Assembly (NCBI GenBank): GCA_963703225.1
Contig: OY969801.1
Span: forward strand, 1,536,001 to 1,600,000
Source: Candidatus Eiseniibacteriota bacterium
GTDB lineage: Bacteria; Eisenbacteria; RBG-16-71-46; SZUA-252
DNA: 64,000 bases
Direction of reading: 5' to 3'
Part shown: positions 9,161 through 18,316 of the stretch, piece by piece
Position numbering within the stretch: the first letter of the stretch is position 1
How the letters are laid out: every line of letters begins with the position of its first letter
Translations under genes and position numbers: made by a program
Notes under the pieces: model-generated
Database searches by the model: none
Told to the model about the DNA's origin: nothing
The model's input: the letters and a program-made list of their open reading frames with translations, nothing else

Positions 9161-11082
9161 GCGTTCGAAACGACGGGTGCGGTGGGTTCCAGGGTCGATC
9201 GAGGTTCGTCGCGGAGCCAGCGCTCCAGCTCGGCGGCGATGGGTTCCGGGGTCAAGCCCGCGGACCTCAGAAGCGAATCGCGCGTGGCATGATCGAACAG
9301 TCTGTCGGGAACTCCGAAGCAGCGCGCTCGAAGCCCCGGGATCACGTTCTTGGTGAAGAGATCGAGCACCCCTTCACCGAACCCTCCGGGGATCGCGCCC
9401 TCTTCGAGCGTGGCGATCCGGGGCACGCGCCGGGCCCATTCCACGATGAGCCGTTCATCGAGCGGCTTGGCGAACCTGGCGTTGATCACCGCGGCACGGA
9501 TGCCCCGCGCATCCAATAGCTGTGCCGCGCGCATCGCCGCCCCCACCATGGTCCCATACGCCACGAGGAGGAGATCGCTGCCCGGCCGAAGCAACTCGCC
9601 TTCGCCGATTGGAAGAGGCTGGAGCTTCTCGTCGAGGGGCACCCCCAGCCCGCTTCCCCGCGGGTAGCGGACCGCGATCGGCCCGTCGTCGTGGGCCGCC
9701 ATCGTCGCGAGCATATGTCGAAGCTCGTTCTCGTCCTTGGGGGCCATCAAGACGAATCCCGGCAGGCATCTCATGTATGGAATGTCGAACAGACCGTGGT
9801 GCGTGGCGCCGTCCTCCCCGACCAGCCCCGCGCGGTCGAGCGCGAAGCGGACCGGCAGGCGCTGCACCACGACGTCGTGGACGATCTGATCGTAGGCCCG
9901 CTGCAAGAACGTGGAGTAGATCGTCACGAACGGCTTGAGGCCCGCCGCCGCCAGCCCGGCCGCGAAGCAGGTGGCGTGCTGCTCCGCGATCCCGACATCG
10001 TGGAAGCGCTCCGGAATCGTCGTCGCGAACTTGGCGAGGCCCGTGCCATCGGCCATCGCGGCGCTGATCGCCACGATCTTCGGATCCTGCGACGCTAGCT
10101 GGAGCATCGCCTGACCAAACACCTCCGTGTAGGCCGGCGCCGCGGCCTTCTTGGCGCTGGCACCGGTCAACTTGTCAAAGGAGGCCACCCCGTGATATTT
10201 CCGGGCGTCGTCCTCCGAGAACTTGTAGCCCTTCCCCTTCCGCGTCAGGGTGTGGAGCAGGACAGGACCTTTCACGTCCTGAAGCTGTGCCATGATTTCG
10301 AGCAGCGTTGGCAGGTCGTGGCCATCGATCGGCCCGTAGTATTTGAACCCCAACTCCTCGAAGAGGATGTTGGGAACCATCAGATTCTTCATCCCCTCCT
10401 TGATGCGGCTCGCGAGTTTGCGCGCCTTCCCGCCCGCGGGGACCTTGCCGAGAAGCTCCCAGAGGTCGCCCTCGAGCCGGCGGTAGGTGGGCGACGAGGA
10501 GAGCCGGGTGAGGTACCGGGCGATCGCCCCGACGTTCGGTGAGATCGACATCGAGTTGTCGTTGAGGACGACCAGGAGGTCGGTGCCCATCACCCCAGCC
10601 TGGTTGAGGCCCTCGTAGGCCAGGCCGCCGGTCAGAGCACCATCGCCCACCACCGCGATGACCTTGTGCTTCGCGTGCGTCAAGTCGCGCGCGCAGGCGA
10701 ACCCTAGCGCTGACGAGATCGCGGTGGACGCGTGGGCGGTGCCGAACGCGTCGTACTCGCTCTCGGCGCGTCGCGGAAACCCGGACAGCCCCCCCTCTTG
10801 GCGGAGGGTGTCGAATCGTTCGTTCCGTCCGGTGAGGATCTTGTGGCCGTACGCCTGGTGCCCCACGTCCCAGATCAGGATGTCCCGCGGCGTGTCGAAC
10901 GTGTAATGGAGCGCGATCGTGAGCTCCACCGTGCCCAGGCTGGGGGCCAGATGCCCCCCGGTGCACGAAACCACCTGGATGATCCGGTCCCGGATCTCCT
11001 GGGCAAGCTCGGGGAGCGCCTCCCGCGGGAGCCGCTTGAGATCGCCGGGGCCATGAATCCCCGCCAGATGATTGGTGCTCAC
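9157..11082 (-). CDS. dxs: 1-deoxy-D-xylulose-5-phosphate synthase
   Basis: GGHLAPSLG, WDVGHQAY, GDGALTGG and DVGIAEQH; GTG start overlaps the upstream stop. Confidence 0.95.
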   Translation of the reverse strand: MSTNHLAGIHGPGDLKRLPREALPELAQEIRDRIIQVVSCTGGHLAPSLGTVELTIALHYTFDTPRDILIWDVGHQAYGHKILTGRNERFDTLRQEGGLSGFPRRAESEYDAFGTAHASTAISSALGFACARDLTHAKHKVIAVVGDGALTGGLAYEGLNQAGVMGTDLLVVLNDNSMSISPNVGAIARYLTRLSSSPTYRRLEGDLWELLGKVPAGGKARKLASRIKEGMKNLMVPNILFEELGFKYYGPIDGHDLPTLLEIMAQLQDVKGPVLLHTLTRKGKGYKFSEDDARKYHGVASFDKLTGASAKKAAAPAYTEVFGQAMLQLASQDPKIVAISAAMADGTGLAKFATTIPERFHDVGIAEQHATCFAAGLAAAGLKPFVTIYSTFLQRAYDQIVHDVVVQRLPVRFALDRAGLVGEDGATHHGLFDIPYMRCLPGFVLMAPKDENELRHMLATMAAHDDGPIAVRYPRGSGLGVPLDEKLQPLPIGEGELLRPGSDLLLVAYGTMVGAAMRAAQLLDARGIRAAVINARFAKPLDERLIVEWARRVPRIATLEEGAIPGGFGEGVLDLFTKNVIPGLRARCFGVPDRLFDHATRDSLLRSAGLTPEPIAAELERWLRDEPRSTLEPTAPVVSNA

Positions 11083-11531
11083 ATGCCCCCCGGAGGTTTG
11101 TAGATCGCGATCGAGAAGAGGACGCCGATCGCGGCGCCCACCAAAACTTCGATCGGGGTGTGTCCCAAAAGCTCGCGGAGCCGCTCGTGTGGCTGGCCCG
11201 GCAGCTGAATGTGCTCGTGAAGAATTCGGTTCAAGAGCGTCGCCTGGCGCCCGGCCGCCCGTCTCAGCCCGGCGGCGTCGTACATCACGATGAGGCTGAA
11301 GAAAAGGACGACGCCGAAGAGCACCGACCCCACCCCTTCCCGGAGACCGACGCACGTGGTCAGCGCGCAGACCGAAGCCGCATGGGAGCTGGGCATTCCG
11401 CCCGTTTCCACGAACCGCCGTACGTTGATTTTCTTCTCTCGCAGGAGGAAGGTCAACACCTTGCTCATCTGTACAAGGAATCCGCACGCGAGCGCGTGAA
11501 AGAGCGGACTGGAAGCAAACTGGACCGCCAA
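11079..11531 (-). CDS. Divergent PAP2 family membrane protein (DUF212)
   Basis: TGGMPSSH, VMYDAAGLRRAAG and LRELLGHTP motifs. Confidence 0.9.
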   Translation of the reverse strand: MAVQFASSPLFHALACGFLVQMSKVLTFLLREKKINVRRFVETGGMPSSHAASVCALTTCVGLREGVGSVLFGVVLFFSLIVMYDAAGLRRAAGRQATLLNRILHEHIQLPGQPHERLRELLGHTPIEVLVGAAIGVLFSIAIYKPPGGM

Positions 11532-11543
11532 CGGTCGATCCCC

Positions 11544-12437
11544 CTAGTGCGTTCGGTGCAAGAGGTAATGCGTCAGCGATTCGAACTCCGGCGCGCGCCG
11601 GCCGAGACCGCCGGCCAACCGGGCCGCCTCGAGCAGGAGCGCCGCCGCGTCCCGTTCCGCCCGTACGGTTCCCGCCCGGGCCGGCGCGGTCGCCTTGCCC
11701 TTGGCGCGATCCGATCCGACGCTCTTTCCCATGCGGCGGCGTGTGGAACGAACGTTCAAGAGGTCGTCGACGATCTGGAAGGCGAGCCCGATGCGGCTTC
11801 CGTACGCGTCGAACGCGCGGAGGCGGCCCTCGCGCGCTCCGCCGATCTGGGCCCCGAGGCGGAGGGATCCCCTCAAGAGCGCGCCCGTCTTTCGGCGATG
11901 CATCGCGTAGATCCTCCGAAGCGGGATACGCTTTCCCTCGAAGAGGAGATCGAGGGCCTGGCCGCCGATCATACCCTCCGGGCCGGTCGCCTCGCAGACT
12001 GTTTCCAGGAGCGGCCTGGGATCCTTGGCCCGCCCGATCGAAACCCGGGTCAGGGTCTCAAAGGCGAGCGAGAGGAGCGCGTCCCCCGCGAGAATGGCCA
12101 TCCCCTCTCCAAAGATGCGGTGGTTCGTGGGACGGCCGCGGCGCCAATCGTCGTCGTCCATGCCGGGCAGATCGTCATGGATCAGGCTGAAGGTGTGGAT
12201 CATTTCCAGGGCGGCCGCCGCGCCGAGGGCGGGCGTGCCGCGCCCCAGCACCGACTCACACGCGAGGAGGCAGAGCGCGGGGCGAATCCGCTTGCCGCCG
12301 GCGAAAACGCTATAGCGCATGGCGCGATGGAGCACACGCGGCTCGCGGCTCGCCGGCGGGAGCAGGCGGTCGAGGGCCGCGTCGATGCGGGGCCGCACCT
12401 TCGCTAGATAGCGATCAAAACGGGAGCTGTCCGCCAC
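11544..12437 (-). CDS. ispA: Geranyl/farnesyl diphosphate synthase
   Basis: GGKRIRP, LIHDDLPGMDDDDWRRG and FQIVDDLL; xseB-dxs context. Confidence 0.92.
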   Translation of the reverse strand: MADSSRFDRYLAKVRPRIDAALDRLLPPASREPRVLHRAMRYSVFAGGKRIRPALCLLACESVLGRGTPALGAAAALEMIHTFSLIHDDLPGMDDDDWRRGRPTNHRIFGEGMAILAGDALLSLAFETLTRVSIGRAKDPRPLLETVCEATGPEGMIGGQALDLLFEGKRIPLRRIYAMHRRKTGALLRGSLRLGAQIGGAREGRLRAFDAYGSRIGLAFQIVDDLLNVRSTRRRMGKSVGSDRAKGKATAPARAGTVRAERDAAALLLEAARLAGGLGRRAPEFESLTHYLLHRTH

Positions 12438-12720
12438 CCTCCCCTTCGTCCTCCTCCTCCTCCTCGACCGGCTCCGCCACCGGCCTTCCGGCAGCATCCC
12501 GAGTCAGTTCCTGGATCCGCTTCTCGGCCTTGCTCAGAACGACGGTGCAGTTCCGAACCAAGTTCATCCCCTCCTCATAGGCGCGGATCGAATCCTCGAG
12601 GGGCATGTTGCCCTCTTCCAAGCGATCCACCAATTCTTGAAGCCGCTCCATCATCGACTCGAAGCTCCGGGCCTCTCCGTGCGTCTCCTCTGGCGGTCTC
12701 GCCGTTCCCTTTCGCTTCAC
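12415..12720 (-). CDS. xseB: Exodeoxyribonuclease VII small subunit
   Basis: SFESMMERLQELVDRLEEG...LEDSIRAYEEG pattern. Confidence 0.92.
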   Translation of the reverse strand: MKRKGTARPPEETHGEARSFESMMERLQELVDRLEEGNMPLEDSIRAYEEGMNLVRNCTVVLSKAEKRIQELTRDAAGRPVAEPVEEEEEDEGEGGGQLPF

Positions 12721-14117
12721 GCCGTCTCCTCCTCCGCCGTGGGACGCACGCGCACGACCCGCGCCTCCGCCCGCGCATCCTGAAACTGAACCTCCAGATC
12801 CTGGCCTGGCCGGAGCTCGAGACCCCGCTGGATCAGCCGGCTCCCGTCGGCGCTCCACACCAGCGCGTATCCTCGCCGAAGCACGCCGCGGGTGTCGTAT
12901 GACCCCAGAAGTCTGCCGCGGCCAGCCACCGATTCGCGCAGCCGGGCGAGGATCGACTCGGTACCCCGTCGCGCGCGATGCGCGAGCGCCTGGAGGCGCT
13001 CGCGGGAGCGCTCCAGCGTCCGGCCCGGAGAATGGACCGCCAGCGTGCCCTGGTGAGCCTCGAGGCGCCGGCGGCGGACCAGGACCCAATCCGATAGGCC
13101 CCGCGCGAGCGCTTCCATCGCGTCATCGAGCGCCCGACGCCCTTCGGTCACCAGGCGGGAAGGCTCCCGTAGGGCCCGGTGGTGCTGGAGGCCTGTCAGT
13201 CGCGCGGCCGCCTCGCGAAGCTCGCGGCGGAGACGCTCGCTCGCGTGCTTGGTCAGATCCTCCAGCGAGGCGAAGATGGATTCTCTGTCCAAGACGACCT
13301 GCTGGGCCGCGTGCGTCGGGGTGGCCGCGCGGACGTCGGCGGCGAGGTCGGCGAGCGTCACGTCCACCTCGTGCCCCACCGCGGAGACGATCGGAATCTT
13401 CGACTCGGCGATCGCGCGCACGACGACCTCTTCGTTGAATGCCCAGAGATCCTCCAGCGAGCCACCGCCGCGGCCCGCGATGATGACGTCGACCTGCCCC
13501 CACTCGTTCAAGAGCCCGATCGCGGAGGCGATCTCGCCCGCGGCGGTCGGCCCCTGGACCGCGGCCGGCGCCAGCGTCACGCGCAGGTAGGGCGCCCGCT
13601 GGCGGAGGATTCGGAGCATGTCTTGGAGCGCGGCCGCCCCCGGAGAGGTCACGATCCCGATCCGCGTGGGATAGGTGGGCAGCGGTCGCTTCCGGTCTTC
13701 CAGAAAGAGCCCTTCGGCTTCCAGCTTCCGGCGCATGGCGTCGAATCGAGCCTGGAGCGCCCCGTATCCCATCGGCGCGACCCGCTCGGCGACGAGCGAG
13801 ATCTCGCCCCGGGGACCGTAAAACTCCACGGCCCCCTCGACCTGAACGGCGAGGCCGTCCGCGAGGGTGTCGTGCGCGCTTCGTATCCGGTTCTTGAAGA
13901 GCGCCACGCGGACGCGCGACTTCTCGTCCTTGAGATCGAAGTAGACGTGACCGCTCTGGTAGTGGCGTTTGAATCCCGAGATCTCGCCCTGGACGATCAC
14001 GCTCAGGAGAGAGTCTTCAAGCGACGCGTTGATCTCCCGCGCCAGCTCCGTGACCGTGTAGATATGAGGCTCCCCTTCGCGGGGCTCGAGCCGGGGCATG
14101 GCGCGCGACCGGGTCAT
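12717..14117 (-). CDS. xseA: Exodeoxyribonuclease VII large subunit
   Basis: GEIS, GHVYFDLKD, RGGGSLEDLWAFN and VGHEVD. Confidence 0.95.
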   Translation of the reverse strand: MTRSRAMPRLEPREGEPHIYTVTELAREINASLEDSLLSVIVQGEISGFKRHYQSGHVYFDLKDEKSRVRVALFKNRIRSAHDTLADGLAVQVEGAVEFYGPRGEISLVAERVAPMGYGALQARFDAMRRKLEAEGLFLEDRKRPLPTYPTRIGIVTSPGAAALQDMLRILRQRAPYLRVTLAPAAVQGPTAAGEIASAIGLLNEWGQVDVIIAGRGGGSLEDLWAFNEEVVVRAIAESKIPIVSAVGHEVDVTLADLAADVRAATPTHAAQQVVLDRESIFASLEDLTKHASERLRRELREAAARLTGLQHHRALREPSRLVTEGRRALDDAMEALARGLSDWVLVRRRRLEAHQGTLAVHSPGRTLERSRERLQALAHRARRGTESILARLRESVAGRGRLLGSYDTRGVLRRGYALVWSADGSRLIQRGLELRPGQDLEVQFQDARAEARVVRVRPTAEEETA

Positions 14118-15010
14118 GCGCGGTTCACCGCCATTTCCGCGGCGTCGGCCAGATTTCGGAGCAGCATCGCCACGGTCAGCGGCCCCACCCCGCCGGGAAC
14201 CGGCGTGACCGCGGAGGCGATCTTGGAAACGGCCTCGAAGTCGACGTCCCCCTCGAATCGGGGCGCGCCCTTGGCCGGGCGATCGATCGGGTGGATCCCC
14301 ACGTCGATCACGACCGCGCCTCGTCCAACGTGGTCGGCGCCGATCGCGCGTCTCTTCCCCATCGCGACCACCAGGATCTCCGCCTGGCGGGAGAGGGACG
14401 GCAAGTCGCGGGTCTCCGAGTGACAGAGCGTGACCGTGGCGTTCATCCCCTGGCGCCGCTCGGAGAGGAGCACGGAGAGCGGGCGCCCCACGATTCGGCT
14501 TCGACCGATCACCACGACGCGTTTCCCCGACAGGTCGCCGACGTGGCGCCGGAGGATCTCGATCACGCCGAGCGGCGTGGCCGGGCGGTGTCCGGGCAGG
14601 CCGCCAACCCAGCGGCCGACGTTCCACGGGTGAAGCCCGTCGAGATCCTTCTCCGGCGTGACGTCCTCGAGGTGGCGCTCCTCGTGGAGCGCCGCTGGAA
14701 GGGGAAGCTGGAGAATGACCCCGTGGATCGATGGGTCGGCGCTCAGCGCCTGGAGCCGGGCGCGAATCTCCAGCTCGCCCGTCTCGGCCGGGAGCCGCGC
14801 GACCGTCGTCCGCGCACCCAGCTCCTCCGCCGCGCGGAGCTTGGACCGGACATACGGATTTCCGGCCGGGGACTCTCCCACGGTGACGATCGCGAGCCCT
14901 GGGGTGACGCCGCGCGCCTTGAGCCGCTCGAATCGTCCGCGCACGCCGTTCCTGATCTCGGCCGCGAGCGTGACGCCTTCCAGAACCACGGCCGGGACCA
15001 CGACGCTCAC
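14114..15010 (-). CDS. folD: Methylenetetrahydrofolate dehydrogenase/cyclohydrolase
   Basis: YVRSK, QLPLP, KDLDG, GRSRIVGRP and TPVPGGVGP. Confidence 0.95.
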   Translation of the reverse strand: MSVVVPAVVLEGVTLAAEIRNGVRGRFERLKARGVTPGLAIVTVGESPAGNPYVRSKLRAAEELGARTTVARLPAETGELEIRARLQALSADPSIHGVILQLPLPAALHEERHLEDVTPEKDLDGLHPWNVGRWVGGLPGHRPATPLGVIEILRRHVGDLSGKRVVVIGRSRIVGRPLSVLLSERRQGMNATVTLCHSETRDLPSLSRQAEILVVAMGKRRAIGADHVGRGAVVIDVGIHPIDRPAKGAPRFEGDVDFEAVSKIASAVTPVPGGVGPLTVAMLLRNLADAAEMAVNRA

Positions 15011-15813
15011 GCGACCGTGGCCCGCGGGGACGGCTCGAGGGACATCGCGAGCCGCTCGATGTGCCGGCACTTGCCGGTGGCCTCGTCGACGTCGAGATGG
15101 ACCCCGTGGAGCTTGACGTCCCCCACCGCCGGCTCGAAGCGGGTCGGCAGCAGGGTCAGGAACTTGTGGATGGCGAGCTCCTTTCGAACCCCGATGACGG
15201 AGTCGAAGGGCCCGGTCATGCCGGCGTCCGTGATATAGCCGGTTCCCTTGGGAAGGATGCGCTCGTCGGCCGTTTGAACGTGCGTGTGGGTCCCGAGCAC
15301 GGCGGAAACCCTTCCGTCGAGGTACCACGCGAGCGCCATCTTCTCCGCTGTCGCCTCGGCGTGGAAGTCGAGGAGCACGATGGTCGCTTCCTCCCGGAGC
15401 TTCGCCACCTCCTGGTCCGCGACGCGGAAGGGGCACTCCAGCTCCCGCATGAATACCCTGCCCATGAGATTGAGCACGCCCACCTTGACGCCATCCCGGG
15501 TCGTGAAAACGCGCGACCCCGTGCCGGGAACGCCCGGCGGGTAGTTGTGAGGCCGCAGGAGGAGCGGCTCCTCATTCAGGAGCGGCATCGATTCGCGGCG
15601 GTCCCAGATATGGTTCCCGCTCGTCATGCACTCCACGCCGAGGCCCTTCAGCTCCTCGAGAATGTCCTTCGTCACGCCGAATCCGGCCGCCGCGTTCTCG
15701 ACGTTGGCGACGACAAAATCGATCCCCATCGACGAGACGATCTCGGGCATGAGGTCCCGCACCGCCTTCCGGCCGGGGGAGCCGTAGATGTCCGCGATGA
15801 AGAGAATGTTCAT
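15007..15813 (-). CDS. ymdB: YmdB/TIGR00282 metallophosphoesterase
   Basis: NVENAAAG, TSGNH, DFHAEATAEK and GTHTHVQTAD; follows rny. Confidence 0.93.
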   Translation of the reverse strand: MNILFIADIYGSPGRKAVRDLMPEIVSSMGIDFVVANVENAAAGFGVTKDILEELKGLGVECMTSGNHIWDRRESMPLLNEEPLLLRPHNYPPGVPGTGSRVFTTRDGVKVGVLNLMGRVFMRELECPFRVADQEVAKLREEATIVLLDFHAEATAEKMALAWYLDGRVSAVLGTHTHVQTADERILPKGTGYITDAGMTGPFDSVIGVRKELAIHKFLTLLPTRFEPAVGDVKLHGVHLDVDEATGKCRHIERLAMSLEPSPRATVA

Positions 15814-15817
15814 GGCG

Positions 15818-17386
15818 CTACTTGGCATACTCCATGGCACGGGTCTCCCGGATCACGACGACCTTGATCTGCCCGGGATACTGGAGCTCCCGCTCGACCC
15901 GCCGCGCGACGTCGGCGGCCAGCTGTACGGCGCGGGCGTCGTCGATGTTCTTCGGCTCGACCATGATCCGAACCTCCCGCCCCGCCTGGATCGCGTACGA
16001 CTTCTCCACGCCGGGGAAGCTGTCGGCGATCTTCTCGAGCGCCTCGAGCCGCTTCACGTAGTTCTCGATGCTCTCGCGGCGCGCCCCGGGCCGAGCCCCC
16101 GAAATGGCGTCCGAGGCCATGACGAGCACCGCGTAGAGGTTCTCCGCGGTCGGATCGTGATGGTGGTAGCCGACGGCCCGGACGACCTCCTCCGGCTCGC
16201 CGTACTTCCGCGCGTAGTCCATGGAGATCTGTGCGTGGGCTCCCTCGACCTCGTGGGTGACAGCCTTGCCCAAGTCGTGGAGCAATCCCGCGCGCTTGGC
16301 GAGCTGGACGTCGAACCCGAGCTGGGCCGCCATGATGCCGCAGATCCAGGCCACCTCCTTCGAATGCTGGAGGATGTTCTGGCCGTAGGAGGTCCGGTAT
16401 TGGAGCCTTCCGAGGAGCTTCACGATCTCGGGGTGCATCGAGTGGACGCCCACCTCGAGGACGGCCGCCTCCCCCAGCTCGATGATCTGCTCCTCGACCT
16501 CCTTCTGCACCTTGGCGACGATCTCCTCGATTCGCGCGGGGTGGATCCGCCCGTCGGTCACCAGCTTCTGGAGCGACCTCTTGGCGATCTCCCGGCGAAC
16601 CGGATCGAACCCGGAGAGAATGACCGCCTCCGGCGTGTCGTCGATGATGACGTCGATTCCGGTCACCGTTTCGAAGGCGCGGATGTTCCTCCCTTCGCGC
16701 CCGATGATTCTCCCCTTCATCTCGTCGTTCGGAAGGTGGACCACCGAGACGGTCGTCTCGGCTGAGTGGTCGGCCGCGCATCGCTGGATGGCCAGCGTCA
16801 CGATCTCGCGGGCTTCCTTCTCCGAATTCCGGTTGGTCTCCTCGCGGATTTCCTGGAGCCGCTTGGCCGCCTCGGCCTTCGCCTCGTTCTCCAAGTTCGC
16901 GATCAGTTGGGCCTTGGCTTCGTCGGCGGTCATGCCGCTGATCCGCTGGAGCCTCGCGTTCTGCTCCCCCAGGACGCGGGCGAGCTCTCGGTCTCGCTCC
17001 GCGAGGGACTCCCCTTTCACTTCAAGCTCCCGCTCGAGCCGTTTGAGATCGCGCTCCTTCTTGTCGAGAACCTCCGCGCGTCGATTGAGATTCGATTCCA
17101 GCTCTTGAAGCTTTCGCTCCTCGCGCTGGATCTCGGACTTCTGCCCCTGGACCTCCCGGTCCAGCTTTGCCTTTTCCCGGAACCACTCGTCCTTGGCTTC
17201 TAGGAGCGCGCTCTTCTTCTGATTCTCGGCTTCCCTCTCCGCCTCGCGAACGATTTTCGTCGCGAGCTGCTCGGCGTTGTAAACCTTGCCTTCTCCGATT
17301 CGCCGATGCGCGATCCAGCCGAGGAGAAACGCGACGGCCGCGGTCGCGATCGCGATCAACAACACAATCCACGGGGTCAATGTCAT
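15818..17386 (-). CDS. rny: Ribonuclease Y
   Basis: N-terminal TM helix, coiled coil, KH (KGRIIGREGRNIR) and HD (LLHDLGK) domains. Confidence 0.97.
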   Translation of the reverse strand: MTLTPWIVLLIAIATAAVAFLLGWIAHRRIGEGKVYNAEQLATKIVREAEREAENQKKSALLEAKDEWFREKAKLDREVQGQKSEIQREERKLQELESNLNRRAEVLDKKERDLKRLERELEVKGESLAERDRELARVLGEQNARLQRISGMTADEAKAQLIANLENEAKAEAAKRLQEIREETNRNSEKEAREIVTLAIQRCAADHSAETTVSVVHLPNDEMKGRIIGREGRNIRAFETVTGIDVIIDDTPEAVILSGFDPVRREIAKRSLQKLVTDGRIHPARIEEIVAKVQKEVEEQIIELGEAAVLEVGVHSMHPEIVKLLGRLQYRTSYGQNILQHSKEVAWICGIMAAQLGFDVQLAKRAGLLHDLGKAVTHEVEGAHAQISMDYARKYGEPEEVVRAVGYHHHDPTAENLYAVLVMASDAISGARPGARRESIENYVKRLEALEKIADSFPGVEKSYAIQAGREVRIMVEPKNIDDARAVQLAADVARRVERELQYPGQIKVVVIRETRAMEYAK

Positions 17387-17410
17387 GGGAATAGCCTCCC
17401 TATATAAAAA

Positions 17411-17590
17411 AGCGCCCCGCCGTTGCCGTGGGTACGAGACTTTTGAACCTGGAGATTCCAGGTGGGTGCCCTATTCCCGGGTTCGCGTCGCCCGCGTGAA
17501 GCGGGCCATCACTCCGCCGGTAGTTCGAGCCCCCGACTTTCGAGTTGTGGCTCAAAAATGTCTGGCACATCACGAGCATGGCAGGGTGCC
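17411..17590 (-). ncRNA. ssrS: 6S RNA (SsrS)
   Basis: About 180 nt between zapA and rny. The ends pair (GGCACCCTGCCATG...ACGGCGGGGCGCT), the bubble elements TTTTTGAGCC and CACCCACCTG...CAGGTTCAAAA are present, and a U tract follows. Confidence 0.85.
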
Positions 17591-17664
17591 GTTAGCAGCC
17601 ATTGGTTTGGTTCGCTCTCTTCGATAATCCTCCGGGTATCGGGGTGGCGTCGCCGGTGATCGAT

Positions 17665-17958
17665 TTAGCTTCCGCGCAGTGACTCGCCCAGGACCTTTCC
17701 CAGCTCTTTGGCCCGGTCCCTCAGCTCGTTGTCCCGATGCGTCCGCTCTTCCCGTTCGCGGAACAGCTCGTCCGCGATGTTGAGCGAGGCTAGGATCGCG
17801 AGCTTGGTTTGGGTTCCGGCCGGGAGACGCTGTTCCAGTTCGCGCATCTTCCCGTCCACATAGGCGGCAACCACTTGGATGTAATCGGGATCAGCACCGC
17901 GAATCTTGTACTCGCTGCCGAAGATCGTCACGCTTTGCGTGTTCGGTTCGGTCGTCAT
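17665..17958 (-). CDS. zapA: Cell division protein ZapA
   Basis: VTIFGSEYKI, AAYVDGKM and LAILASLNIADELF. Confidence 0.9.
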   Translation of the reverse strand: MTTEPNTQSVTIFGSEYKIRGADPDYIQVVAAYVDGKMRELEQRLPAGTQTKLAILASLNIADELFREREERTHRDNELRDRAKELGKVLGESLRGS

Positions 17959-18028
17959 CGCGATCCCTCAGATCGATCGTCCCTGCAACGGCCCGAGTCC
18001 CGGAGCGACCCGGTTGGACCGTCTTCCG

Positions 18029-18313
18029 TCAAGCGTGGACCGCTTTCTGCAGCACGTCCAGCTTGGCCAGCATCTCTTCTACCCTTCGCGCCACGGCTCG
18101 GCGCTCATCCAGAAGCGAGCTCCGCTCCTCCTCCAGTGCCTTCAATCGAGGCTTGAGGTCATCCTGCTTTGCCGCGGCCGGCTCCATCTTTCGAACCCGC
18201 TCCTTGAGCGCCGCGTTCTCGGCCTCCAGCAGCCGCTTCTCTTCCTTGAGCCGCGCCAAAAGCCCGGTCGCGGCCCGAATCTTCTCCTCGAGCTGATCCA
18301 ACTCGACCATCAT
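18029..18313 (-). CDS. zapB: ZapB-like coiled-coil protein
   Basis: Heptad coiled coil LDQLEEKI...; lies between pheT and zapA. Confidence 0.7.
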   Translation of the reverse strand: MMVELDQLEEKIRAATGLLARLKEEKRLLEAENAALKERVRKMEPAAAKQDDLKPRLKALEEERSSLLDERRAVARRVEEMLAKLDVLQKAVHA

Positions 18314-18316
18314 GAC

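Noticed and set aside
8273..12437. DUF212 between ispA and dxs, and no tlyA between dxs and nadK
   Set aside because: Known variations of a common conserved gene string.
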